From an uncultured Gammaproteobacteria bacterium (GTDB lineage: Bacteria; Patescibacteriota; Microgenomatia; UBA12405): a stretch of 64,000 nt of DNA. The first letter of the stretch is position 1. The number at the start of each line of letters is the position of its first letter. The notes beneath the pieces were generated by a model, which saw only the letters and a program-made list of their open reading frames with translations, was not told where the DNA came from and made no database searches. The position numbers and the translations under genes are program-made. This document shows positions 19,163 to 27,130 of the stretch, in pieces. The stretch spans positions 15,046 to 79,045 of the forward strand of contig CAZICU010000001.1 of assembly GCA_964537905.1 (NCBI GenBank), read 5' to 3'.

Positions 19163-19503
19163 TAAAATTATTAAAAATTAACGCATTTCCACCGCAAAAA
19201 ACAAAAAATCTAAAAACTGATAGACTGACAAACAATTTCATTGTTGTTAAACTTAATCGTCCTACCTCAAGCATCCACTTTAAGAAGGTGTTTTTTCTAG
19301 CTAAACTTCTTAAAAGGAGAACTTGTGCCTGACTAGACTTGTTCTTGCCAGACCAGTTTTCCCCACGTTTTTATAGCGTGGAAAAGCCACTATTGAAGTC
19401 GCTTTGGGTGGGACAACTCTTTTCGTTTAAATAGGACTAAATTTGAAGTGAAACGACAAATTTTGCCTATTTACACGATCCCGATTTATCGGGAAAATAC
19501 ATT

Positions 19504-20370
19504 ATGAAAAAACCTTATTTTTCCATTATTATTCCCTGTCTTAACGAAGAACATTTTCTTCCCAATTTATTAAAAAACTTAAATTCCCAAACTTTCAAAG
19601 ATTTTGAAGCTATTATTATTGACGGCAATTCCGAAGATAAAACTGCCAAAGTTGCTACAGAATTTTCCGCCAAATATCCCCTTCATCTCCATTCCACCAC
19701 CACTCGCAATGTTTCCTTCCAAAGAAATCTGGGTGCCAAAAAAGCAGTTGCTGATATTTTAATTTTTTTTGATGCTGACACTCAAATTCCCCCAAATTAC
19801 CTTAAAAAAATTGCTCAAGCTTTCGAAAAGAAACATCCTCATTTTGTAACTACCTACATTAAAGCCGATTCCCATAAACCATCAGAAAACATGTTTGCTT
19901 TTTTTAGTAATTCAATTATGAAGACTGGAGAAATTTTTAAACTTCCCTATTCTTACGGAGCCATGCAAGCCGTTAAAAAAGGAGCTTTTTTTGATGTTGG
20001 TGGTTACGATCCTAATATTAAATTTGGAGAAGACAGTGAATTACTTCAAAGAATTTATAAATATAATTACAAATTTACACTTCTCTCCACCCCTCGCTAT
20101 GTCTTTTCACTTCGTCGTCTTCGTTCTGAAGGCACCCTTAAACCATTTATTCAATATTTACAATTAAATTTCCATATCCTTCTAAAGGGTTTTAAAGTTC
20201 CATCAAAAATTAATTATCAAATGGGAGGAACTCAGTACGATATCAAAAAAATAGAAAATGCTAAAGAATCTCAAATTTTTAAAACCTTTTTTATTAAAAT
20301 TAAAAAAATTATTAAAAAGCAAAATTCCCACGCCCAAGAAATTATCGACAAAATATTTTCTTCAGACTAA
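19504..20370 (+). CDS. Family 2 glycosyltransferase
   Basis: FSIIIPCLNEE...AIIIDGNSED..DAD GT2 (GT-A) motifs. Confidence 0.7.
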   Translation: MKKPYFSIIIPCLNEEHFLPNLLKNLNSQTFKDFEAIIIDGNSEDKTAKVATEFSAKYPLHLHSTTTRNVSFQRNLGAKKAVADILIFFDADTQIPPNYLKKIAQAFEKKHPHFVTTYIKADSHKPSENMFAFFSNSIMKTGEIFKLPYSYGAMQAVKKGAFFDVGGYDPNIKFGEDSELLQRIYKYNYKFTLLSTPRYVFSLRRLRSEGTLKPFIQYLQLNFHILLKGFKVPSKINYQMGGTQYDIKKIENAKESQIFKTFFIKIKKIIKKQNSHAQEIIDKIFSSD

Positions 20371-20411
20371 ATTCTAAAACGAATCGGAACACTTGATATA
20401 ATAAATTCATT

Positions 20412-20483
20412 GCCTGAGTAGCTCAGTGGTAGAGCAATCCTTTTGTAAAGGAAAGGTCGTGAGTTCGACTCCCACCTCAGGCT
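20412..20483 (+). tRNA. tRNA-Thr (anticodon UGU)
   Basis: Manual cloverleaf: acceptor GCCTGAG/CTCAGGC, D-arm GCTC-AGTGGTA-GAGC, anticodon loop TTTGTAA, variable loop AGGTC, T-loop TTCGACT. CCA not encoded. Confidence 0.8.
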
Positions 20484-20529
20484 CATTTTTATAAATTATT
20501 TTGATACAATATCAAAGTATTAATAGTCT

Positions 20530-20602
20530 GCCCGGATAGCTCAGTTGGTAGAGCATCCCCTTGGTAAGGGGAAGGTCATGAATTCGAGTTTCATTCCGGG
20601 CT
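20530..20602 (+). tRNA. tRNA-Thr (anticodon GGU)
   Basis: Acceptor GCCCGGA/TCCGGGC, D-arm GCTC-AGTTGGTA-GAGC, anticodon stem TCCCC/GGGGA with loop TTGGTAA, T-arm ATGAA-TTCGAGT-TTCAT. Confidence 0.85.
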
Positions 20603-20606
20603 CAAA

Positions 20607-20891
20607 ATGAATGGATATATTTATGTCCTTCAATCTCTTAAAAATGGCCGATTTTATATTGGCAGTACCAATAATTTAGAAAGAAGATTAATTGAACATA
20701 ATCAAGGAATAAGTACTTATACTAGTTTTACTAAACCTTTTGAAATGATTTTTTCTCAAAAATTTGACAATTTAATAACTGCCAGAAAAATAGAATTTAA
20801 ACTAAAGCAATTTAAAAGCAAAAAAGTTATAATAGACATCATTAAGTCAGGAGTGATTAGAATTGATGAATTCTCCAACATTAGTTGGTAG
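20607..20891 (+). CDS. Small GIY-YIG nuclease family protein (94 aa), copy 1
   Basis: YIYVLQSLKNGRFYIGSTNNLERRLIEHN is a GIY...YIG..R..EH catalytic motif. ATG begins 4 nt after the tRNA-Thr(GGU) discriminator. Stop TAG lies inside the downstream tRNA fragment D-loop (agttggTAGagca). Confidence 0.75.
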   Translation: MNGYIYVLQSLKNGRFYIGSTNNLERRLIEHNQGISTYTSFTKPFEMIFSQKFDNLITARKIEFKLKQFKSKKVIIDIIKSGVIRIDEFSNISW

Positions 20892-20942
20892 AGCAGTCCG
20901 ATTGGTTCGGACAGGTCGTGGATTCGAGTTCCACTCCAGGCT
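20883..20942 (+). pseudogene. tRNA 3' fragment (D-loop to acceptor 3' end; positions ~14-73), lacking 5' acceptor and D-stem strand
   Basis: agttggtagagca-GTCCG-attggtt-CGGAC-aggtc-GTGGA-ttcgagt-TCCAC-tccaggc-t. The 5' side is replaced by GIY-YIG ORF1 coding sequence. Confidence 0.65.
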
Positions 20943-20946
20943 CAAA

Positions 20947-21231
20947 ATGAATGGATATGTTTATGTCCTTCAATCTTTAAAAAACAATAGATTTTATATT
21001 GGCAGTACTACCAATATTCAAAGAAGATTAATCGAACATAATTCTGGCCGAAGCACTTATACTAGTTTCTCAAGACCTTTCGAACTAATTTTTTCTCAAA
21101 AATTTGACTCCATCACTATTGCTAAAAAGATAGAATTTAAAATTAAGCAATTTAAAAGTAAAAAAGTTATAATAGACATCATTAAGTCAGGAGAAATTAG
21201 AATTGATGAGTTCTTCAACATTAGTTGGTAG
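20947..21231 (+). CDS. Small GIY-YIG nuclease family protein, copy 2 (~80% identical to copy 1; ORF-track N-terminal extension is translated tRNA fragment)
   Basis: MNGYVYVLQSLKNNRFYIGSTTNIQRRLIEHN. Starts 4 nt after the tRNA-fragment 3' end. Ends EFFNISW* with TAG in the next tRNA fragment. Confidence 0.75.
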   Translation: MNGYVYVLQSLKNNRFYIGSTTNIQRRLIEHNSGRSTYTSFSRPFELIFSQKFDSITIAKKIEFKIKQFKSKKVIIDIIKSGEIRIDEFFNISW

Positions 21232-21281
21232 AGCAGTCCGAAGTATCGGACAGGTCATGAATTCGAGTTTCATTCCGGGCT
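21223..21281 (+). pseudogene. Second tRNA 3' fragment; T-arm and acceptor 3' strand identical to tRNA-Thr(GGU) 20572-20602, anticodon loop degenerate (6 nt)
   Basis: agttggtagagca-GTCCG-aagtat-CGGAC-aggtcatgaattcgagtttcattccgggc-t. Confidence 0.65.
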
Positions 21282-21369
21282 CACATCAGTTTATAAAGTC
21301 AAAAGTTTTTAAAGTTTCTAAATTAAATTACTTTATAACTTTATAACTTTATAAACTTTCAACTGATTT

Positions 21370-21452
21370 GGAGGGGTGCTCCGAATGGTAAGGAACTTGT
21401 TTTGAAAACAAGCGTCAGCAATGACATGCAGGTTCAACTCCTGTCCCCTCCG
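21370..21452 (+). tRNA. tRNA-Ser (anticodon UGA), class II with long variable arm
   Basis: Acceptor GGAGGGG/CCCCTCC, 3-bp D-stem, anticodon stem CTTGT/ACAAG with loop TTTGAAA, long variable arm, T-arm GCAGG-TTCAACT-CCTGT, discriminator G. Confidence 0.7.
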
Positions 21453-21567
21453 CCTTCGCCCGACGAAGTGATAACGTAGGCGGGTAATATTCAATATTCT
21501 TAGCCCAATAAAAGTAATTTTGTTTCCTGCTTCAGCGGACAATGTCCGCATTAATGTAAAATTAATT

Positions 21568-21831
21568 GTGCAATATGTTTATATTTTAAGATGTAGTAAT
21601 AATCATCCATACATTGGGTGTACTGATAATTTAAAAGAAAGAATCGAAAGACATAATAATGGTTATGTTCCAGCCACAAAAGAATTAAGACCACTTAAAT
21701 TAATTTGGTATTCATGTTTTGAAGATAAATATTTAGCATTTAATTTTGAAAAATATTTAAAAACTTGTTCTGGTAGAGTATTAATCAATAAAAGATTAAT
21801 TACCAATATCACGAAACCAAATGTGAAGTAG
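21568..21831 (+). CDS. Small GIY-YIG nuclease family protein, copy 3 (divergent; GTG start at 21568 or TTG at 21520)
   Basis: VYILRCSNNHPYIGCTDNLKERIERHN GIY-YIG motif. Stop followed 5 nt later by ctgttcccctccgcc, a copy of the tRNA-Ser acceptor 3' strand. Confidence 0.6.
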   Translation: MQYVYILRCSNNHPYIGCTDNLKERIERHNNGYVPATKELRPLKLIWYSCFEDKYLAFNFEKYLKTCSGRVLINKRLITNITKPNVK

Positions 21832-21835
21832 ATCT

Positions 21836-21850
21836 GTTCCCCTCCGCCAA
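21836..21850 (+). repeat. 15-nt remnant of tRNA-Ser 3' end (ctgt-t-cccctccgcc) immediately downstream of GIY-YIG copy 3
   Basis: Compare tRNA-Ser 21440-21454 ctgtcccctccgcc. Confidence 0.5.
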
Positions 21851-21881
21851 GATTTTAACCAATTTATTTAGAAAATATTTT

Positions 21882-22853
21882 TTAATTGATTTTATTTAAG
21901 TATTTATACATATTATTTCTTAGTTCAGTAGCCACGATTCTAGCCTCATCATTATTATTAATTCTCTTAGATCCAATAGGGACTGGATTAATACAGAAAC
22001 CTTCATGAATATTATACCCGTGAACACCAATTATTGTAGGAAAATTAAGTTTCTCAATAATTTGAGCCGTTTGTTCAGATACTTCGTATGGAGTTAGATT
22101 ACAATTTTGATTTAATTCTTCTTGTTTTTTCATCCAAATTTCATATGGAGTATTGGGTTTAATTTGAAGACCCATAAAAGTAATCCAGTCTGGTCTAGTT
22201 TCATTTAAAATTCTGGCAGTATCTTCAACATGCTTATTAAAATAAGACATACCACCTAAACCAGGCATAACCATAGTTGAATTTAAAATATTTCCTCGAT
22301 TTAAAATTTCACCAGCACGAGCAACCTGATCAGAGTCATAACCCTTACCTGCAATTTTAAGAACTTCACTATTACCACTTTCCAAGCCCCAATAAACCAA
22401 TTTTTTTGGATAAGAGCGACCAGATCTTCTAAAATCTTCCATACCTTCTCTTCCTTTTTTCAAGATATCTTGAGTGTTACCGTAAACAGATAGACGAATC
22501 AAATCAAAACCATTTTTCTTAAAAACTTCATTTATGTGACTACTTGCTTCTATTAATTTTTCAATATCAACATTTAAAGCATTACCAGCCCCAATAAAAG
22601 CTCTATAAATCGTTGTTTTATTAGAGACAAAATTCATTACTGAGTGAACATGCGCTTTAAAAATTTCTATTTTTTTTTCTTTATAATTTGGTCCATCATA
22701 AATATTACAAAATGTACAACGACCATGACTACAACCAGTAGTCAATTCAAATTGGACAACATGCGGACCTCTTTCGGATGGTGGCGGAACCATATGCTCC
22801 CTACTAAAACCCTTTCTTCCAATTAATCTTTCACAATAAGGTATATTTGGCAT
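21882..22853 (-). CDS. Radical SAM protein, YhcC/YtqA (TIGR01212)-like
   Basis: TTGCSHGRCTFCNI (GC...GCTFCN signature of the YhcC family) and WGLESGNSEVL...MPGLGG distal motifs. ~320 aa. Confidence 0.55.
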   Translation of the reverse strand: MPNIPYCERLIGRKGFSREHMVPPPSERGPHVVQFELTTGCSHGRCTFCNIYDGPNYKEKKIEIFKAHVHSVMNFVSNKTTIYRAFIGAGNALNVDIEKLIEASSHINEVFKKNGFDLIRLSVYGNTQDILKKGREGMEDFRRSGRSYPKKLVYWGLESGNSEVLKIAGKGYDSDQVARAGEILNRGNILNSTMVMPGLGGMSYFNKHVEDTARILNETRPDWITFMGLQIKPNTPYEIWMKKQEELNQNCNLTPYEVSEQTAQIIEKLNFPTIIGVHGYNIHEGFCINPVPIGSKRINNNDEARIVATELRNNMYKYLNKIN

Positions 22854-22996
22854 AAGTTCGATATTTTATCAAAATAGTTATTTTTTTTCAAACTATAGGC
22901 TTTTTTTTAATTTTACAACAAAAATCAAACTAAAATTTATTTTATTATTTTTTGTTTACAGACAGAAATTATTATAAGGACAAAAATATTTCAACT

Positions 22997-23017
22997 CCTG
23001 TCCCCTCCGCTCACCAA
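22997..23017 (+). repeat. 21-nt direct duplicate of the tRNA-Ser 3' end (ttcaactcctgtcccctccgc), ~1.5 kb downstream of the tRNA
   Basis: Exact match to tRNA-Ser 21432-21452 (T-loop through acceptor 3' strand); att-like scar. Confidence 0.6.
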
Positions 23018-23025
23018 CAAAAACA

Positions 23026-23409
23026 TTGCTTCTAACTTTGCTATTATTATTTATGTCATCTGTTTTACAAACTATTTATCTTCTTTTATTAATTATTATT
23101 CTTGCCGCTATTGGTTTATCTATCAGTAAACTTATGCAAGAAAATAGTCATTACGTTGCTCACGAAGAAAAATTTATTGTTCCAGAAGTCACTCCTGGAG
23201 AAATAAAAAATATCGACTGGCAAACAACAGATAAACTTATGTCTAATTGTCAAGTTAAAGTTGTTTTTCAAAAACATACTTTAGAAGTGACTGTTCGAGA
23301 TAAAGATGGTCAAATTTATCAAACTACCGAACCTAAAATTGATGCTATTTTTGATCTTGCCAAAAAATATCAAGGTCCTTGTGACATTGTCCAAATGATC
23401 ACTGAATAA
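23026..23409 (+). CDS. Hypothetical N-terminally anchored protein (127 aa)
   Basis: ORF with one N-terminal TM. Confidence 0.35.
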   Translation: MLLTLLLLFMSSVLQTIYLLLLIIILAAIGLSISKLMQENSHYVAHEEKFIVPEVTPGEIKNIDWQTTDKLMSNCQVKVVFQKHTLEVTVRDKDGQIYQTTEPKIDAIFDLAKKYQGPCDIVQMITE

Positions 23410-23467
23410 TGCTAAAATAAATTACATCAAGTGTAATTCACAAATTAAAAGTTAATTGGAGGTTTTT

Positions 23468-23773
23468 ATGAACATCAGGATTAACGGTATTAATTTAATT
23501 ATTTCTCTCAAAATTCGCCGGACAATTCAAACCAAATTTGTCCAAAAATTAGATCAGCTTTTGCCTCAATTTAATAATGAGTTAAAAACCGCTTCATTGA
23601 TTATTCAAAAAGATAAAAAATACAAAAATTACACGGCTAAATTTGATATGAGTCTACCTGGTCTCAAAAATCCTCTTCATGCTGAAGTTACTCATCATGA
23701 ACTTACTTCTGCTATCGTTGATTTACGTGAAGCGATTGAAAGGCAAATTAAAAAATACAAACATGCTGATTAA
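23468..23773 (+). CDS. hpf: Ribosome hibernation promoting factor / RaiA (short form)
   Basis: MNIRINGINL..., beta-alpha-beta-beta-beta-alpha pattern, ~100 aa, conserved basic residues typical of YfiA/HPF. Confidence 0.6.
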   Translation: MNIRINGINLIISLKIRRTIQTKFVQKLDQLLPQFNNELKTASLIIQKDKKYKNYTAKFDMSLPGLKNPLHAEVTHHELTSAIVDLREAIERQIKKYKHAD

Positions 23774-23813
23774 TTGATTGCTAATCAACTGTTTTTAGTT
23801 TAAAATACCACTC

Positions 23814-23993
23814 ATGTCTAAATCTAAAAAAACACCTAGAATTTTGATCGCCTTAGTTTGCTCCGTTTGTGGGGCTCAAAATTATTTAACCGAAAAAAAT
23901 AAAACTAACACTCCTGATAAATTGAAATTTATCAAATATTGCCGTTGGTGCAAGAAAAAAACTGAACATAAAGAGTCAGCTAAACTCAAATAA
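23814..23993 (+). CDS. rpmG: 50S ribosomal protein L33 (59 aa, zinc ribbon)
   Basis: ILIALVCSVCGAQNYLTEKNKTNTPDKLKFIKYCRWCKKKTEHKE: C..C...C..C bL33 pattern. Below ORF-track cutoff. Confidence 0.8.
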   Translation: MSKSKKTPRILIALVCSVCGAQNYLTEKNKTNTPDKLKFIKYCRWCKKKTEHKESAKLK

Positions 23994-24008
23994 CATGGTA
24001 TTTTGTAA

Positions 24009-24035
24009 GGGCGGGTCTTGTGCCCGCCTTTTTTG
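24009..24035 (+). terminator. Intrinsic terminator after rpmG; stem-loop is a REP-like GGGCGGG-tcttgtg-CCCGCC palindrome related to hairpins in the RAYT gene at 59.1-59.6 kb
   Basis: gggcgggtcttgtgcccgcc followed by tttttt. Confidence 0.7.
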
Positions 24036-24038
24036 TTT

Positions 24039-24992
24039 ATGAATCAAAAAATACTATCAAACCTAGAAAGTATCTACATCTCTCCTCTCGAAAGTTGTAA
24101 TCTCACCTGCAAATATTGTTACACTCATAAAACCACTAATGTTTTATCTAACCAGCAAATTCTAACTTTTATTGATCAATATTCTGGTTTTATTCATAAA
24201 TCTTATTCTTTGAATCTTAAATCTATCGTATTATGTGGTGGCGAAGTCTTTTTACTTCCAGATTTTCCTGAATTAATCAATACTTTGATCGATAAAGATA
24301 TATTTATCACCATAATCACCAATGGTACTATTGACCGACTTCAAAAAATAAAAAAGCCCGATAATTGCCAAATTTTAGTTTCTCTCGATGGACCAAAAGA
24401 TATTCATGATCAAAATCGCGGTTCTGGTAATTTTAATAAATCCATTAAATATATCAAACACGCTCATAAATTAGGCTTTCCTGTCGGTATTATGTTTTTA
24501 ATCACCCAAGACTCCTATCCTTACAAAGATTTCTTTCCCTCTTATTTATCTAAAATACTAGCGAACCAGCGAACCAGCGAACTAAGTTTTACCTATCTTA
24601 CCGATCGCAAAATATCTCTAACCAACGACCAATGTCTTGATATTAAACTTCACTACCCTACTTTCCCCAACAAAAATTTTGGTTGTTATCAAATCAGTCT
24701 TCAATCCAACGGTAACATTACTGGTTGTTGTGAATCTTCTATTTCTCTGGGAAAAATCATTGACAATCCTCAGGTTTATGTTTCTAAATTTATCAATTCT
24801 CTTTCAAAATGTTCTAATTGTAAAATTTCAACATTAAATAATTCATTAAAAATTAAATGTTATGGTTGTTGCGATCCATCATATTTGTGTGGTTACCCTC
24901 AAGAATTCCATCAAAACTCCTGTCAAGATATAATAAAATTATTTAACACAAAACCCTCCTGTCCCGACCAAAGTTGGGACATCCTCCCTTAA
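24039..24992 (+). CDS. Radical SAM / SPASM-domain protein (anSME/peptide-maturase-like), true start MNQKILSN
   Basis: CNLTCKYCY (CxxxCxxC), LCGGEVFLLPD, VSLDGPKDIHDQNRGSGNFNKSIKYIKHAHKLG, C-terminal Cys-rich SPASM/twitch region with ~12 Cys. Confidence 0.7.
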   Translation: MNQKILSNLESIYISPLESCNLTCKYCYTHKTTNVLSNQQILTFIDQYSGFIHKSYSLNLKSIVLCGGEVFLLPDFPELINTLIDKDIFITIITNGTIDRLQKIKKPDNCQILVSLDGPKDIHDQNRGSGNFNKSIKYIKHAHKLGFPVGIMFLITQDSYPYKDFFPSYLSKILANQRTSELSFTYLTDRKISLTNDQCLDIKLHYPTFPNKNFGCYQISLQSNGNITGCCESSISLGKIIDNPQVYVSKFINSLSKCSNCKISTLNNSLKIKCYGCCDPSYLCGYPQEFHQNSCQDIIKLFNTKPSCPDQSWDILP

Positions 24993-25096
24993 AAAAGGAG
25001 GAAGTCTTTAATTTAAATATTTATTGTTTTAACGACTGCTCCCTTTTTTAAGGGGAGCTGTCGAACAAAGTGAGACTGAGGGGTTTAAAATACATT

Positions 25097-26107
25097 ATGA
25101 ATTTTCAATCTCATTTCATCCATGAATGGACCATTCAAGCTATTAGAAAATTTTTTATCGACCGAAATTTTCACGAAGTCGATACTCCCACTCTTTTGGC
25201 CAAAATTCCTATTGAACCCAATTTATATTCTCTCCAAACTAAATGGACTCAGCGTAATTTTACTTTTTACCTCCCTACTTCTCCCGAAAGCGCTCTCAAA
25301 CGACTTATCGCAAACGGTATTGGTAATTGTTTTACTGTTGCCAAAGTTTTTCGTGACCTCGAAGATATTGGACCGACTCACAATTTAGAATTTTCCATGC
25401 TCGAATGGTACGAAATTGGTAAAACTTATCACCATATTGCCATCACCACTAAAGAATTAATTCTAAACACTCTTTACCACATTCAACAAAAATTGAATAT
25501 TCCCCAAACTAATATTATTAGTTATCAAGGTAAGAATATTGATCTTGGTGGCGATTGGTATCAATTTACTCTCAAGGAATTGTTTCAAAAATATGCTCAT
25601 ATCGATTTATCTCAAAATTTAACCGCTGACCAAATTATTGCCACTGCCAAATCCAAAGGTTACAACATTGATAATGTCACCACTTGGGAACCACTCTATA
25701 CTCAAATTTTTATTAATGAAATTGAATCAAAAATTCCCCAAGACAAACCGTTCATTATTTTTGACTATCCCACTCAGACTTCTCCACTCTGCCAAGTTTG
25801 CCCAGATTCTCCAGGATTCAGTCAGCGTTTTGAATTTTATATCGGCGGTATGGAAATTGGCAATGCTTACACCGAATTAACTGATTCTAAAATTTTACAA
25901 GATAATTTTGACACTGAAACCAAATTTAGACAGGAAAATAATTTATCCCTTCATCCTTACGATCAAAAATTTATCGACGCTTGCGGTCAAATGCCACCAT
26001 GCGCTGGCATTGGTTTAGGTGTTGACCGACTTGCCATGCTCATTGCTGACTCTCAATATATCGAAGATGTTCTTTATTTCCCTACTTCCCAGTTAATTCA
26101 AGAATAA
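25097..26107 (+). CDS. epmA: Elongation factor P--(R)-beta-lysine ligase (EpmA/PoxA/GenX), truncated class II LysRS paralogue
   Basis: IRKFFIDRNFHEVDTPTLL, LPTSPESALKRLIANGIGNCFTVAKVFRDLEDIGPTHNLEFSMLEWY (class II motifs 1 and 2), CAGIGLGVDRLAMLI (motif 3). Closely mirrors E. coli EpmA. Confidence 0.75.
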   Translation: MNFQSHFIHEWTIQAIRKFFIDRNFHEVDTPTLLAKIPIEPNLYSLQTKWTQRNFTFYLPTSPESALKRLIANGIGNCFTVAKVFRDLEDIGPTHNLEFSMLEWYEIGKTYHHIAITTKELILNTLYHIQQKLNIPQTNIISYQGKNIDLGGDWYQFTLKELFQKYAHIDLSQNLTADQIIATAKSKGYNIDNVTTWEPLYTQIFINEIESKIPQDKPFIIFDYPTQTSPLCQVCPDSPGFSQRFEFYIGGMEIGNAYTELTDSKILQDNFDTETKFRQENNLSLHPYDQKFIDACGQMPPCAGIGLGVDRLAMLIADSQYIEDVLYFPTSQLIQE

Positions 26108-26125
26108 TTATAATTAAAATATAAT

Positions 26126-26281
26126 ATGAGTAAACCCGCATCCAAATCAAAACCAGACAATCGGTCTACTATTATTAAAGGTTTTGTTAAACCAACAGTC
26201 CCCGATTTCCCTGGAAACAAATCTCCCGTCAATTTTAAACCAAACGCCAGAATGGGAACCATCAATCGCGGTCGTCGTTAA
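26126..26281 (+). CDS. Small basic hypothetical protein (51 aa), ends ...ARMGTINRGRR
   Basis: Short ORF found by eye; weak resemblance to the C-terminus of bL34 only. Confidence 0.2.
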   Translation: MSKPASKSKPDNRSTIIKGFVKPTVPDFPGNKSPVNFKPNARMGTINRGRR

Positions 26282-26616
26282 GCTTTAATTCTTTTTTGAA
26301 TTAGCTTATCAATCCAATATAATTTTTGAACCCCATTTTCTAATTTAAAGTAGTGGAAAATATACGGCACTAATAATATTAATATTAATCCGTCTATTAA
26401 CAACAAAATTGCTTGTGGATAAATTAAAACAAACATCGTTACTACTACAAAATTAATCGCAAAAGCTAAGGTCACCAAGAGATGAATCAATCTTTCGTGT
26501 TGTAAAAATTTTATTGTTTCCCGATGATGAACTAGAATAATTTTCCACCCTTTAGTTTCCTTATTCTTTAATTTTTCGTTAATTTCACTCAAATAACGAT
26601 TTAAAAAATCAACCAT
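26278..26616 (-). CDS. Hypothetical membrane protein (112 aa, 2 TM)
   Basis: ORF with two hydrophobic helices. Confidence 0.35.
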   Translation of the reverse strand: MVDFLNRYLSEINEKLKNKETKGWKIILVHHRETIKFLQHERLIHLLVTLAFAINFVVVTMFVLIYPQAILLLIDGLILILLVPYIFHYFKLENGVQKLYWIDKLIQKRIKA

Positions 26617-26641
26617 ATTTAAATTTTACACTTTTTTGCTT

Positions 26642-27130
26642 CTATTGTTTTTTATATTCCTGAACTTCATCATGGACAAATTCCAATTTAACTCCTACTT
26701 TTTTAAACATTTCTTCAGTCTCTGCTCCAGCATGATATTTTCTTTCACAAACCACTCTTACAATTCCACAATTAATCAACAACATGGCACAAGTTCGACA
26801 AGGAGTCATTCGACAATAAACTGTGGCTCCATCAATTGCTACCCCCAATTTAGCCGCCTGACAAATGGCATTTTGTTCCGCATGAACTGTCCTCACACAA
26901 TGTTCAGAAATAGTGCCATCATCATTCAAAGCTTTTTTAATTTGATGACCCACTTCATCACAATGTGGTAAACCCTTTGGTGAGCCAACGTAACCAGTCA
27001 CTAAAATTTGTTTATTCTTAACAATCACACAACCACTTTTACCTCGATCACAAGTCGCTCTTTTAGAAATCGCTTCCATCACTTCCATAAAATACTCATC
27101 CCAACTTGGTCTTTTATTTAATTTGGTCAT
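26642..27130 (-). CDS. dCMP deaminase (ComEB/CMP-dCMP deaminase zinc-binding)
   Basis: HAEQNAI ... PCRTC zinc-binding motifs. ~160 aa. Confidence 0.8.
   Translation of the reverse strand: MTKLNKRPSWDEYFMEVMEAISKRATCDRGKSGCVIVKNKQILVTGYVGSPKGLPHCDEVGHQIKKALNDDGTISEHCVRTVHAEQNAICQAAKLGVAIDGATVYCRMTPCRTCAMLLINCGIVRVVCERKYHAGAETEEMFKKVGVKLEFVHDEVQEYKKQ

Noticed and set aside
20863-20946. N-terminal extension MMNSPTLVGRAVRLVRTGRGFEFHSRLK of GIY-YIG copy 2, and MSPAYCWAKRKTKI of the GT2 gene at 32527
   Set aside because: These are translations of a tRNA fragment and of the hammerhead ribozyme respectively. Genuine starts are the downstream Mets.
21882-22853. Initially considered the 323-aa rSAM-like gene as cargo of an island integrated at tRNA-Ser (between the 21432-21452 and 22997-23017 repeats)
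   Set aside because: It matches the housekeeping YhcC/TIGR01212 radical SAM family, and no integrase is present. The tRNA-Ser 3' duplicates are better explained by the GIY-YIG element junctions, though an old integration scar is not excluded.
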